Assembly (NCBI GenBank): GCA_048938105.1
Contig: JBHLMN010000013.1
Location: 96,001 to 160,000, forward strand
Length of the DNA: 64,000 bases
Direction: 5' to 3'
From: Promethearchaeota archaeon
GTDB lineage: Archaea > Asgardarchaeota > Heimdallarchaeia > Hodarchaeales > Hodarchaeaceae
The translations under genes were made by a program, and so were the position numbers. Position 1 is the first letter of the stretch. Each line of letters opens with the position of its first letter. Below the pieces are notes generated by a model. It was not told the DNA's origin, searched no databases, and saw only the letters and a list, made by a program, of their open reading frames with translations. Shown here in pieces: positions 1-9,050 of the stretch.

Positions 1-98
1 AAACATTATTGGATTACTGAAATTAATCATCAATACGAAGAGAGATGAAGATTTTTTAAAAATAAAGCCGAATATGAATCATGTTGAGAATATATGCG

Positions 99-485
99 TT
101 AAATAGACGTATAAAGCTCAATTATCACAGAAAGTATGATTATGACACTAAGAATCCAGAGAAGTACAATAGCAATAGCGGATTTTTTACCAATTGGAAT
201 GTCTTTTTCCTCGTCTTCAGCTACTTTTTTCCGATATTCATTCAAAATTTCATTTGGGATCAGTCTTAAAGCAATAGAAACTCCTAGTGGAACTAATATA
301 AGATCATCTAAATACCCAAGAATTGGAATAAAATCTGGGATTAAGTCAATTGGGCAAAAAGCATAACCAATGATAAGAGCTAGAAACAGGCGTCTCCACA
401 AGGAGACTCTCTTATCCTTATACACTAAGTACAAAACGTATGTTTCTTTCTTTAAAGCACTGGCCTTTCGCTTTAGTTTTTCCAT
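99..485 (-). CDS. YkvA/DUF1232 family membrane protein
   Basis: YAFCPIDLIPDFIPILGYLDDLI signature. Confidence 0.9.
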   Translation of the reverse strand: MEKLKRKASALKKETYVLYLVYKDKRVSLWRRLFLALIIGYAFCPIDLIPDFIPILGYLDDLILVPLGVSIALRLIPNEILNEYRKKVAEDEEKDIPIGKKSAIAIVLLWILSVIIILSVIIELYTSI

Positions 486-568
486 TTTAATTCACTTCAA
501 GTTTGAAATTAAGCCAGCTAGTGTAAGTATAATACGTCTAGTTTAAAAAAAATAGCTTTCTGTTAACC

Positions 569-1354
569 TTATTTACAGGAAAATATAGATACTGGATTAT
601 GATGCACAAAACCTAGCTTTTTATAGAGATTGATTGCAAGGAAGTTGTCTTGAGTAACAAATAAAGTAGTAAACAACTTTTTCCTAAGGATTTCGCTTGT
701 AATAGTTGAAACCAAAGTTATACCAAGTGATTGTCCCCGAAAATCTGGTGACACAATAATATTACCTAAATGCCCCGCCTCAGGTGTTTCAAAGTGGGTT
801 CCTCCACAAGCAATAATTCTATCACCATTCTCAGTGAAAAAATAGAAATCACTCTCAAGTTGGATAGGATTCCAAGGATAAGTATGAATCGATCTGTAAA
901 ACTTATCTATACGTCTAAAATATTCTTTAGTTGCTTTCATCCATGTGTAATCTGAATTTCTAGGTTTAAATTGTGACTGGTTGGTGATCATACAATATTC
1001 GGAGCTTATATCTATTATATGGAAATAATTAATTAGATCTTCTTCTTTCAGGGTGAATGATACTAATGTAAACTCATTTTGAATGATTTCTTTTAAGTTA
1101 GAAAGAATAACTGTCTCATTTTCTGATAAATTACTTGGAAGGACAACAGATGGAGCTTTAAATCCTTTAAAAATAGTGAAAAATGAGATTAATTTCTTTT
1201 CATCAAAAACACCATAAATATTCGTGAGTTTGATACAGGGAGGATATAGATCCCCTATTAGGACTATATTGTTAAAATAATCGTCTTTAGCTAATTTGAT
1301 ACATCTATTAATCAATTCCTGATTTGTTTTTGGAATGAGACTGATTTTCAACAT
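569..1354 (-). CDS. GNAT family N-acetyltransferase (C-terminal GNAT domain)
   Basis: GNIIVSPDFRGQSLG motif A; NFLAINLYKKLGF motif B. Confidence 0.85.
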   Translation of the reverse strand: MLKISLIPKTNQELINRCIKLAKDDYFNNIVLIGDLYPPCIKLTNIYGVFDEKKLISFFTIFKGFKAPSVVLPSNLSENETVILSNLKEIIQNEFTLVSFTLKEEDLINYFHIIDISSEYCMITNQSQFKPRNSDYTWMKATKEYFRRIDKFYRSIHTYPWNPIQLESDFYFFTENGDRIIACGGTHFETPEAGHLGNIIVSPDFRGQSLGITLVSTITSEILRKKLFTTLFVTQDNFLAINLYKKLGFVHHNPVSIFSCK

Positions 1355-1457
1355 GATTCCTCAAGATTGTAATTACTTTGGGACTATTAAGGAATGAAAT
1401 CCGACTGATATGAAAATCCCCTCTTTTTAAAAGAATGCTACAAATAATGCCATTATT

Positions 1458-2570
1458 ATGATAGATCTACGAGATTTAGGATGGTCTTGTGGCAGCTATG
1501 AGATAGGGAGTAACAATGCAATAACTGACGTTCCTGGAGTTGCTATTGGCCACAAAACCATTAATAAAGGAGAAGGAGAGCTCATTCCAGGAAAAGGTCC
1601 TGTCCGAACTGGTGTGACTGTGATTCTTCCTCATAGTGGGAATATTTTTAAAGAAAAAGTACCTGCAGGTGTTTTTGTTGCTAATGGTTATGGGAAAGCT
1701 ACAGGAATTCCCCAAATCTTCGAAACAGGATGTCTCGAATCACCAATTGCAATAACCAACACATTAAATGTGGGTTTGGTTTTTGACGCTTTAGTAAGTT
1801 ATGCGATAAGAAATAATCCAGAAATCGGAATAAAAACTGGATCAGTGGCACCAATTGTCACAGAATGTTTTGATGGTTATTTGAACGATATCCAAGGTCG
1901 ACACGTTAGAGAACAACATGTCTTAGAGGCGATAACCCAAGCTGAGTCAGATAGAGTAGAACAGGGAAATGTTGGCGCAGGAACAGGGATGCAAGTTTTT
2001 GAATTAAAAAGTGGCATTGGTACTGCTTCGAGGGTTGTACTTAATGAACAAATTAGCCAAAATGAAGTCTATCACATAGGAACACTTGTTTTACCAAATT
2101 TTGGCCGTTTTAAAGACTTTCTTTTTTATGGTAACGAAATGGCATCATTGCTTGAACGGCGAAAATATTTACCAAAGGGGGACGATAAATGGGTTGCCAA
2201 GCTTGGAGGTGGGTCAATAATTGTCGTAATTGCTACAGACTTACCTTTTAATAGTCGTCAGCTGAATAGGTTAGCCCATAGAGGTGCACTGGGTATTGCA
2301 CGGACTGGGTCAATATTGAGTCATACAAGTGGAGATTTTGTAATAGCCTTCACTACTCAAAATAAAATTTCACATAATAATAAGGATCCATTTCTTAAAA
2401 GAATACTATTGAATGAAAATAGTCCCTTACTCTCAGAAATCTATCGAATGACTATTGATTTAGTTCAAGAAGCAATCTATAATGCAATGCTAGCCGCGGA
2501 AACTATGGTAGGCCGCGATAATAACATTCGAGTTACATTAGATCCTGCTGATCTTCCTAACCCTCCATAA
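1458..2570 (+). CDS. dmpA: DmpA-like P1/S58 family aminopeptidase
   Basis: NAITDVPGV, RTGVTVI, ECFDGYLND, GNVGAGTGM and G-SIIVVIATD autocleavage site. Confidence 0.9.
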   Translation: MIDLRDLGWSCGSYEIGSNNAITDVPGVAIGHKTINKGEGELIPGKGPVRTGVTVILPHSGNIFKEKVPAGVFVANGYGKATGIPQIFETGCLESPIAITNTLNVGLVFDALVSYAIRNNPEIGIKTGSVAPIVTECFDGYLNDIQGRHVREQHVLEAITQAESDRVEQGNVGAGTGMQVFELKSGIGTASRVVLNEQISQNEVYHIGTLVLPNFGRFKDFLFYGNEMASLLERRKYLPKGDDKWVAKLGGGSIIVVIATDLPFNSRQLNRLAHRGALGIARTGSILSHTSGDFVIAFTTQNKISHNNKDPFLKRILLNENSPLLSEIYRMTIDLVQEAIYNAMLAAETMVGRDNNIRVTLDPADLPNPP

Positions 2571-2605
2571 AATTATATATTCTTGGTTAGTATTAATTAT
2601 CTAAG

Positions 2606-3268
2606 TTATTCTGAAATAATCCTTTTAACTTCTCTTGGGGAGTCATTAGTTTCTTTAATTGACATACTGCTAAGATTAAGTTTGGTAAATACCTTTTTCT
2701 CTTGATTAATAAAAATTGAATTACTTTTTCGGATTGATTTAAATATCACGGGAATTATTTCCAACACACGTTTTGGTCGATCCTTAAAAACTAATGAAAC
2801 TAACTCTGTTGTCAATGCATAGTCTTCTAGCCGAACACAAGTTTCAAGGTGTATTTGTTGCTGAAGCTCAAACATATTCTCAAAATGGTCTGTTAATTCT
2901 TCGAGCTTTTTATAAAGAAAGGGAGTGTGTTGTGTTGTGACTAAAACAGCTAGTAAATTACTTCGTTCATCTATTAATACCTTTTTTTCACCCAGATCTA
3001 TCATGTTTAAGCAAGCAGAGCTATCAACGATTTCTTGCATCATTCGTGCAAGAGCTGTAAATCCCATTCCCACCAACTGGTTTTCGATCTGTGATATCAT
3101 TCCTAACTGGAAATGATGCGAAAATAAACAAATACCATCACTTTTACGAATGATATAAAGTGAAAGTAAATGTTGTTTCCAATTTTCTGAGGATCTGATG
3201 CTATTTTTCTCTAGGATTCGTTGTCTAAGCTGAACGAACCATTTTTTGTAATATTTCATGCTCTTCAA
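2606..3268 (-). CDS. longin/roadblock-like domain protein (Asgard-type)
   Basis: LYIIRKSDGICLFSHHF...QLVGMGFTALARMMQEI...LAVLVT...KLEELTDHFE pattern typical of the longin fold; recognised by eye. Confidence 0.6.
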   Translation of the reverse strand: MKSMKYYKKWFVQLRQRILEKNSIRSSENWKQHLLSLYIIRKSDGICLFSHHFQLGMISQIENQLVGMGFTALARMMQEIVDSSACLNMIDLGEKKVLIDERSNLLAVLVTTQHTPFLYKKLEELTDHFENMFELQQQIHLETCVRLEDYALTTELVSLVFKDRPKRVLEIIPVIFKSIRKSNSIFINQEKKVFTKLNLSSMSIKETNDSPREVKRIISE

Positions 3269-3351
3269 TTAGCTTTTAAATTTATTAATTTAAACTCCGA
3301 AGTTTTTTGTCTTAAAAAATAGTGGAGAAGATTTTTCCCTCCTTGAATTGT

Positions 3352-4608
3352 CTAATCAGAACTATCAACATCATAGACAAATTGAAGAGCAATTTCAGCT
3401 GCCTTAGCAATACTTGGGCCAGATAGCTTATCTGGTGTATCGTTCAGAGTGTGCCAATAGTTTGGAATACCTTTATTAGATAGCCCGAATAATGTTGTAG
3501 CATGAAAACCCTTACGTGAAAAATTTGCGGCATCAGATCCAGCAAACCGTAATGGTTCAACTTTAACGGGGATGTTTACTCTGTTGGCAGCCTGCGAAAC
3601 CTTCTCGAAGACTAAAGGTGAATGTTTAGCTAAAAACATGTTTTCTGCTGTGGCTACCAGGAATATATCAGCACTTAAACATTCGAGGTTGAGTAATAAC
3701 GCTTGTCGTTTTTTCAGCTCCTTATGATGAAGAGATACAAATCTTTTGGATCCTCTCATGTGTTCTTCACCAGCAAAGCTAATCAACCAAACTTCTGTCT
3801 GATCAGGTCTATTCTGAGAAAGAAATCTTCCACATTCAAGTGTAGCCGCAACTGCTGTTAAATTATCATTTGCTCCAAAAACAACTTTATTAGAACGAAG
3901 ATAAAGAGCTAAAATTATCACTAAGATAGTTCCAATTGGGAATATAATTATCTGGACTAAATCAATAACATAAAGAATAGTAAAGTTTTGTACCTCTCTT
4001 ATGAATGCAAATGGATCTACCTGAGAAAATTGTTGGTCAAGAAAAATTAGTACGAAAGTTTTGAGGACACCAAGGAGAGTACTTAAAACTGCTAAAATTA
4101 CAGCTAAAATAATTAAGATAGTTGATTTGCCTCCCAATTTACTCAATAAAGGAAATTCATAGGCTGAATCATGGTGACCTGATAAGAGAATCAATTTTCG
4201 CGGTTCCTTACGAGGTTTAATCTTTCCGATGATATGATATTCAGTTTTTTTAGGAAATAAAACGTCTATCACTTCATAGAGTAGGTTTTGTTGGATAAAA
4301 TATATCCCAAGGCCAATGAAGATGAGAAAACTTGATAATAACGGATGAATAACGAAATAAGCCACTACTCCAGCTATATAAAACAATGCTGTTATCCAAA
4401 TGAAATCTAAAAAGCCTCTAGGACGACATGTGAACTCTTCTTGGTTTATCTCATCACAAAACTCTTGGAGTTCTTCATAGATGATGTCACCTGCTTTCTT
4501 TTCTTCTTTCGAACCCGCTAGTCGAGGGCCTACTTCATTAAATATTTTCTGAATAAAATCAATCATTCTTTGCCCTGAAGGATCTATTCGGGGTTTGAAT
4601 TCAATCAT
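3352..4608 (-). CDS. membrane-bound M28 family metallopeptidase
   Basis: SGHHDS, GANDN, GEEH, GSDA and YWHT zinc-binding motifs; several TM segments. Confidence 0.88.
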   Translation of the reverse strand: MIEFKPRIDPSGQRMIDFIQKIFNEVGPRLAGSKEEKKAGDIIYEELQEFCDEINQEEFTCRPRGFLDFIWITALFYIAGVVAYFVIHPLLSSFLIFIGLGIYFIQQNLLYEVIDVLFPKKTEYHIIGKIKPRKEPRKLILLSGHHDSAYEFPLLSKLGGKSTILIILAVILAVLSTLLGVLKTFVLIFLDQQFSQVDPFAFIREVQNFTILYVIDLVQIIIFPIGTILVIILALYLRSNKVVFGANDNLTAVAATLECGRFLSQNRPDQTEVWLISFAGEEHMRGSKRFVSLHHKELKKRQALLLNLECLSADIFLVATAENMFLAKHSPLVFEKVSQAANRVNIPVKVEPLRFAGSDAANFSRKGFHATTLFGLSNKGIPNYWHTLNDTPDKLSGPSIAKAAEIALQFVYDVDSSD

Positions 4609-4689
4609 TATTTCTCACCTAAAAAAAAAGAAAACCTTCGTGAAATATTAGTAATTATAATGTTTTCAATGTATCGACAGAGGGAAAAA

Positions 4690-5565
4690 TTATTTTGATA
4701 AGAAAGAGAGAACAGCCTCGAAAAACTCATTGGGAGATTCGATCATAGGCCAATGACCACATTTTTCGATTACAACATGATTTGCGCCAGGTATTTGTTC
4801 GTGAAGAAGTTTAGACCCTAAAACAATATGAGGCATATCATCATCGCCATTGATAATTAATGTTGGAACATTTATATGGCGAATTACTTCTCTGAGATCA
4901 TAATTAGATGCTTCATAATTATTGAAGTATTGATGAGGTTTTGCTGAAACAATCATATTCATCAAATAAGTATTGACTTGTGAAGAAACCTTGTCAAAAT
5001 CATAGAAATGGATTACTGGCAGTAAGATCTTCAACAAAACTCTTTCTTTCTCATCCGTAGAAAGAGAATCATTGATTTGAAGCTTTTTAAGGGCAGATGC
5101 TGCCTCCTTATACCCTTTCCTATTTCTTAACCAACTATGATAATTTCCAAGGTTAATGTGAGGAGTAGTATCAATTAGAATTAAGCATTCGACCATTTTT
5201 ATATATTTAAGTGCATATTTCAGGGCAACAAATCCACCATGACTATGAGCAGCAATTGCGATTTGTGGAACCCCAAGATAAATTCTAAGGGATTCAATAT
5301 CTTCAACATATTCGTCCATACTATATGCACTAGGATCATTTATTCGCTGTGAACGGCCAATCCCACGAGGTTCAAGATAAACCACTGTTCTAATCTTCTC
5401 AAGTGGTTTAAGAGTTTCAATATAAGGAGTAGCATCTCCAGCCCAGCCAGCACCCCCTGGTTGTACTAGTAAGATTGGGCCGCTTCCCTGTACATAATAC
5501 CATATTTCTATTCCTCGAATATTTGCGAAATGCTCCCCTGGAGAAAGCATGTCATTATGACTCAT
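4690..5565 (-). CDS. alpha/beta hydrolase (proline iminopeptidase-like)
   Basis: QPGGAG, AHSHGG nucleophile elbow, GHWP. Start moved to ATG 5565 (MSHND) because the upstream extension in the ORF track runs through a GC-rich hairpin region. Confidence 0.82.
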   Translation of the reverse strand: MSHNDMLSPGEHFANIRGIEIWYYVQGSGPILLVQPGGAGWAGDATPYIETLKPLEKIRTVVYLEPRGIGRSQRINDPSAYSMDEYVEDIESLRIYLGVPQIAIAAHSHGGFVALKYALKYIKMVECLILIDTTPHINLGNYHSWLRNRKGYKEAASALKKLQINDSLSTDEKERVLLKILLPVIHFYDFDKVSSQVNTYLMNMIVSAKPHQYFNNYEASNYDLREVIRHINVPTLIINGDDDMPHIVLGSKLLHEQIPGANHVVIEKCGHWPMIESPNEFFEAVLSFLSK

Positions 5566-5619
5566 TCTTCTACCGTTCCTTTCGTAATAGGCTTCTCTCG
5601 CCAAATATATGAAAATATT

Positions 5620-5945
5620 GCGAGTACCTATCCACCCGCTCAAGGGCGAATGGAGCCCCCGCCAGGATGGTTGGGCGGGATACCTGTCCCCGTATAGGAC
5701 ACAGGCGTTGGAGTCAGACCAGTTTGAACTACGTGGACCCAGAGGATTTGATGTCACTTTACTTGATAGAGTCTTTCGCTAGCGTGCTCATCACCCAGCA
5801 ATCATTAAAACCGAGGTGTAGACGTTACTAGTTCACATTCCAAACAGTTCAGTGACTAAATTCATCAGTTAAATGTTCCTTATTACACCTCCAGCGGATT
5901 TGGTGCTAAGATAGATTTCCTTTGAGGGGGACTAATCTAGTCATA
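5620..5945. ncRNA. candidate structured non-coding RNA of unknown family
   Basis: GC-rich intergenic block with several stems (5631-34/5651-54, 5658-63/5674-79, 5683-87/5701-05, 5813-20/5884-91, 5912-17/5934-39); TATA-like box at about 5964-5971. Confidence 0.4.
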
Positions 5946-6020
5946 AATTATTCTCCCTTAACCTTTATATACTCACAATTTTCCGGGATGCCTCTAATTG
6001 ATCTTGTCCCGTGGACATTT

Positions 6021-6050
6021 TCCTAGAAATTCCTAGATTCTCCTAGAAAT
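6021..6050. repeat. three tandem 10-bp units TCCTAGAAAT/TCCTAGATTC/TCCTAGAAAT
   Basis: read directly from the sequence. Confidence 0.85.
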
Positions 6051-6162
6051 CATCAACAGATATATACCCTTTGATTAGTTGTATTCAATAACATCAATCA
6101 ACATTCTAAAACGTGAGATATTTAAAATCACTCTAGGAAGATGGTTTATGGATGGATTTGAA

Positions 6163-6234
6163 ATGAAAACAATACGAATCGAAGAAATGAACTGGCAAGC
6201 TATTAAGGAAGCCATTAACCAGGATTATAAATAA
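6163..6234 (+). pseudogene. 5' fragment (codons 1-20) of the creatininase-family gene, cut off by the insertion
   Basis: Translates MKTIRIEEMNWQAIKEAINQ|DYK*, the EEMxW N-terminus typical of creatininases; joins in frame to NQ|GYLTVVFGIGSIEQHG at 14629. Confidence 0.88.
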
Positions 6235-6235
6235 C
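6209..6235. repeat. attL of the integrated element (core TAACCAGGATTAT, 6216-6228)
   Basis: 13-bp core, with 1 mismatch, repeated at 14628-14640; TAA-N6-TTATAA geometry. Confidence 0.8.
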
Positions 6236-6342
6236 AGAATGATTTTATTTCCCTCTATTTCTAAAAAACTTGTTACACATGATACAAAATATAATAATCC
6301 CACGTATGAGAGCTTTATTGAATTAAATTTTGGGGATATATG

Positions 6343-7363
6343 CATGATTAAACTTCAATTTAAAATAGTAAACGAGTTTGAAATATCTGAAAATGCAATC
6401 GTTGGGTGGTTAAAGTCAGTTAATGAGTATGAAAGATATTTCTTAGAGAGAAAACACCTAAATCGACGCAACCTCGGCAATTTCGGAGAATTTATTGGCA
6501 AATTCATTCTTGAAAAGGAGTTTATACTTTATCAAAGAAAAACAAGTGATAGAAAAATGATACCTTGGCTTATGTTTGAAAAAGAAAATGTCTTACTAGA
6601 TAGCTATTATCTTGCCAATTTATTTTCAAATATAGAGGATGTGAGTGTTAAATCGAATATCAAAGCATGGTTGGGTGATGAAAAATTTTTATCCTTAAGA
6701 GAACATACAGGAGAGTATTTAGGAGAAATTTCTTTTGAAAAGAGAGTAGAATTGGGATTGGACGCTAATAATCAAATGATCTGCTGGAAAGAATGGAAAA
6801 AAAAGACTCTTAGATATGGACCTTTCATATTCACGTTTAAAGACCATATATTAGAGGATGTAAGGAAATCATTCATTGATTATTGGAAAAGAGAGACTGG
6901 TGCAAAATTAACGCTTACGGATACATTGGGAGTTCCTTTTGAATATTTAATAAAATGGTTCTTCCCAGAGGGGGAGAAAATAGAATATCAAAAGTGGAGA
7001 GAATATTTATACAAACGAGTGCGTTATTTTGACATTTCTTCTTTTTTGGCAAAAAACACTCAAATTGATGTGAATGATTTTATTTGCACAAATAAGGTAT
7101 TTCTCGATTTAGACTTAGATGTTTGGGGGATTCCAAAGGAAAATTCAGATTTTTTTAATAAAAAGTACTTGTATGCAATTGATTATAAATCACATAGGAT
7201 AAAATGTGTTGATCATGGAAAATATCAGACACCAGCTTTATACTTTCAACAAAGGAATTATGTAAAATCTCTCATCTTAACACAGATTGGGGTATTAATT
7301 CTATCTCTTCAATTTTGCGATTGCGGAAGAATATTTTGTAAATATTTAGTCCCAATGGTGTAA
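6343..7363 (+). CDS. PD-(D/E)xK superfamily nuclease-like protein
   Basis: RNLGNFGEF (GxxGE helix), DLDLDVWG and YAIDYKS motifs. Start probably ATG 6343 (MIKLQF); the ORF track start is 6239. Confidence 0.55.
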
Positions 7364-7874
7364 TGTATTCTTTTCAAAATTATAGCATGAGGATTAAATA
7401 GATGAACGTTACCTAATGGTTCATATTTAATGCTTATGGCTCCATTTGATATTGATGGAGAAAAAGCTAATGAATATATTATTAAACAATCTATTAAGTC
7501 TATTATTAGTCTTTTCGGGATTTTCATTAGGCCAATGCAACATCCATACACGAGTATTCTCAGTCTTGAGTAATGCGTTCTATGATCCTGAAATTTTCAA
7601 AGTATTACATAAACAAGGATTACTCGAAAAAACAAACAATATAGGTCAATGGAAGATTAAAGAGTCCTCCTACACCTTTTTACAAATATTTATTTGTAGA
7701 AAGGCTCTTTTATATCTGTTCTTTAAGAAACATATCGCAGTCACTTTTGTTCGGTATATTACTAATAGAAATTTTATAGAATCAATGTATACATTATGTA
7801 TTAGGTACGGGTACCTTACAGACGTAGTGCAAAATCTTAAATAGATGAAACGATTCTTTCTAGACTGATTAACA

Positions 7875-7997
7875 TTGATAGACTTAACGCCATTATATAA
7901 TGGACTTTGGACAATCCTTGGAGTCATTTTAGTCTTAGGACTCATAGCATACTTCGGTGATCTACTAGTATCATTTATAGATAAGATTAGTAAATAA
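7875..7997 (+). CDS. small single-TM membrane protein (40 aa)
   Basis: TTG start; MIDLTPLYNGLWTILGVILVLGLIAYFGDLLVSFIDKISK; below the ORF track cutoff. Confidence 0.4.
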   Translation: MIDLTPLYNGLWTILGVILVLGLIAYFGDLLVSFIDKISK

Positions 7998-8040
7998 TCA
8001 GAATTCAAAATAAAGATGATTTCAAGAGTATGAGGGAAGA

Positions 8041-8079
8041 CCACCTCCTCTCAGTCAGGAGTGGCATTATTTATTTTTT
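8041..8079 (+). terminator. hairpin plus T-rich tract
   Basis: CCA-C-CTCCT...AGGAG-TGG stem followed by TTATTTATTTTTT. Confidence 0.3.
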
Positions 8080-8109
8080 ATAGGCATATTATAGGAATAA
8101 GAGGAGACG

Positions 8110-8373
8110 ATGAGAATGAGTAATCAAATTTGTATAAGCTGTGGCAATAAAGCCAAGTACAATTGCTTGAATTGTAACAGACCAATTTGTGGTAGATGTA
8201 GAAGTAAACAGAAGAAGATCAAGGATGAATCTCTCCTTAGTTTAATAGGAAGTACAGCAGATAGTCTATATTACCGTCCTGCTGGGTTATGTAAGGATTG
8301 TAGACCTATTGTATTAATGAAAAGAGGAATCGATACTTATTTTAAATTGATTGATATAATAAGAATTAACTAA
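8110..8373 (+). CDS. small Zn-finger protein
   Basis: Four CxxC pairs (CISC, CLNC, CGRC, CKDC); GAGGAG RBS. Confidence 0.7.
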   Translation: MRMSNQICISCGNKAKYNCLNCNRPICGRCRSKQKKIKDESLLSLIGSTADSLYYRPAGLCKDCRPIVLMKRGIDTYFKLIDIIRIN

Positions 8374-8390
8374 GGGAGGTTAGATGATTT

Positions 8391-9038
8391 ATGAAATGTC
8401 CGCATTGCACAGTTGAAATATTCGCAGATAAAAAATACGAACAAATTTACAATTTTTCTGATAGAAAAGGAGATTGGAGATTAGTTTTTTTCAAATGTCC
8501 TAGTTGTATGAATTTTACTTTTGATCTAGAGAATGGAAACCGTAGTAAAACTGCGTTTGATATAAAAGAAACAATTAGAGTATATCCTAAAGGCAGCTCA
8601 CGTCCTCCTTGTCCTCAAGAAGTTCCTCAACATGTAGCAGAAGACTATACAGAAGCTTGCTTGGTTCTTATTGATAGTCCAAAAGCCTCTGCTGCATTAA
8701 GTAGACGCTGTCTTCAAAATATTCTTCGAGAAGCTGCTGAAGTTAATCCTAGCAATCTTTCAACAGAAATTCAAGAGGTATTAGATGGTAAAACTTTACC
8801 TACTTACATTGCGGAATCTATAGATGCGGTAAGGAATATTGGTAATTTTGCAACTCATCCAAATAAAAGCAATAGTACAGGTGAGATATTACCCGTCGAA
8901 CCAGAAGAAGCAGAATGGAATTTAGATGTACTAGAAGCATTATTTGACTTTTATTATGTCCAACCAGCTAAGATACAAAAAAAGAAGGGTGCATTAAATA
9001 AAAAATTAAAAGAAGCAGGTAAGAAACCTATGAAGTGA
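8391..9038 (+). CDS. DUF4145 (HEPN-like) domain protein with N-terminal Zn ribbon
   Basis: CPHC/CPSC; DYTEAC...SPKASAALSRRCLQ; RNIGNFATH (R-x-N-x-H HEPN-like motif); GGAGG RBS. Confidence 0.85.
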   Translation: MKCPHCTVEIFADKKYEQIYNFSDRKGDWRLVFFKCPSCMNFTFDLENGNRSKTAFDIKETIRVYPKGSSRPPCPQEVPQHVAEDYTEACLVLIDSPKASAALSRRCLQNILREAAEVNPSNLSTEIQEVLDGKTLPTYIAESIDAVRNIGNFATHPNKSNSTGEILPVEPEEAEWNLDVLEALFDFYYVQPAKIQKKKGALNKKLKEAGKKPMK

Positions 9039-9050
9039 GGAATTAATATA

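Noticed and set aside
5651-5668. Minus-strand ATCCTGGCGGGGGCTCCA looks like a tRNA 3' end or att site
   Set aside because: No TTC T-loop or matching 5' half nearby; the bases are better explained by local hairpins, and the island boundary is at 6216
5566-5757. N-terminal extension of the hydrolase in the ORF track
   Set aside because: Non-protein-like sequence running through GC-rich hairpins; a better ATG lies at 5565
5760-5800. Hammerhead-like UGAUGAG...CGAAA on the minus strand
   Set aside because: The core reads GUGAUGA rather than CUGANGA, and stems II and III would be only 2 bp
5620-5945. SRP RNA or RNase P RNA (the size fits)
   Set aside because: Could not find the SRP helix-8 motif or the RNase P GAGGAAAGU/ACAGAA conserved regions on either strand
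7845-7997. Selenocysteine read-through at the TGA (MKRFFLD*LTL...)
   Set aside because: No redox motif or SECIS recognised; the TTG start at 7875 explains the ORF
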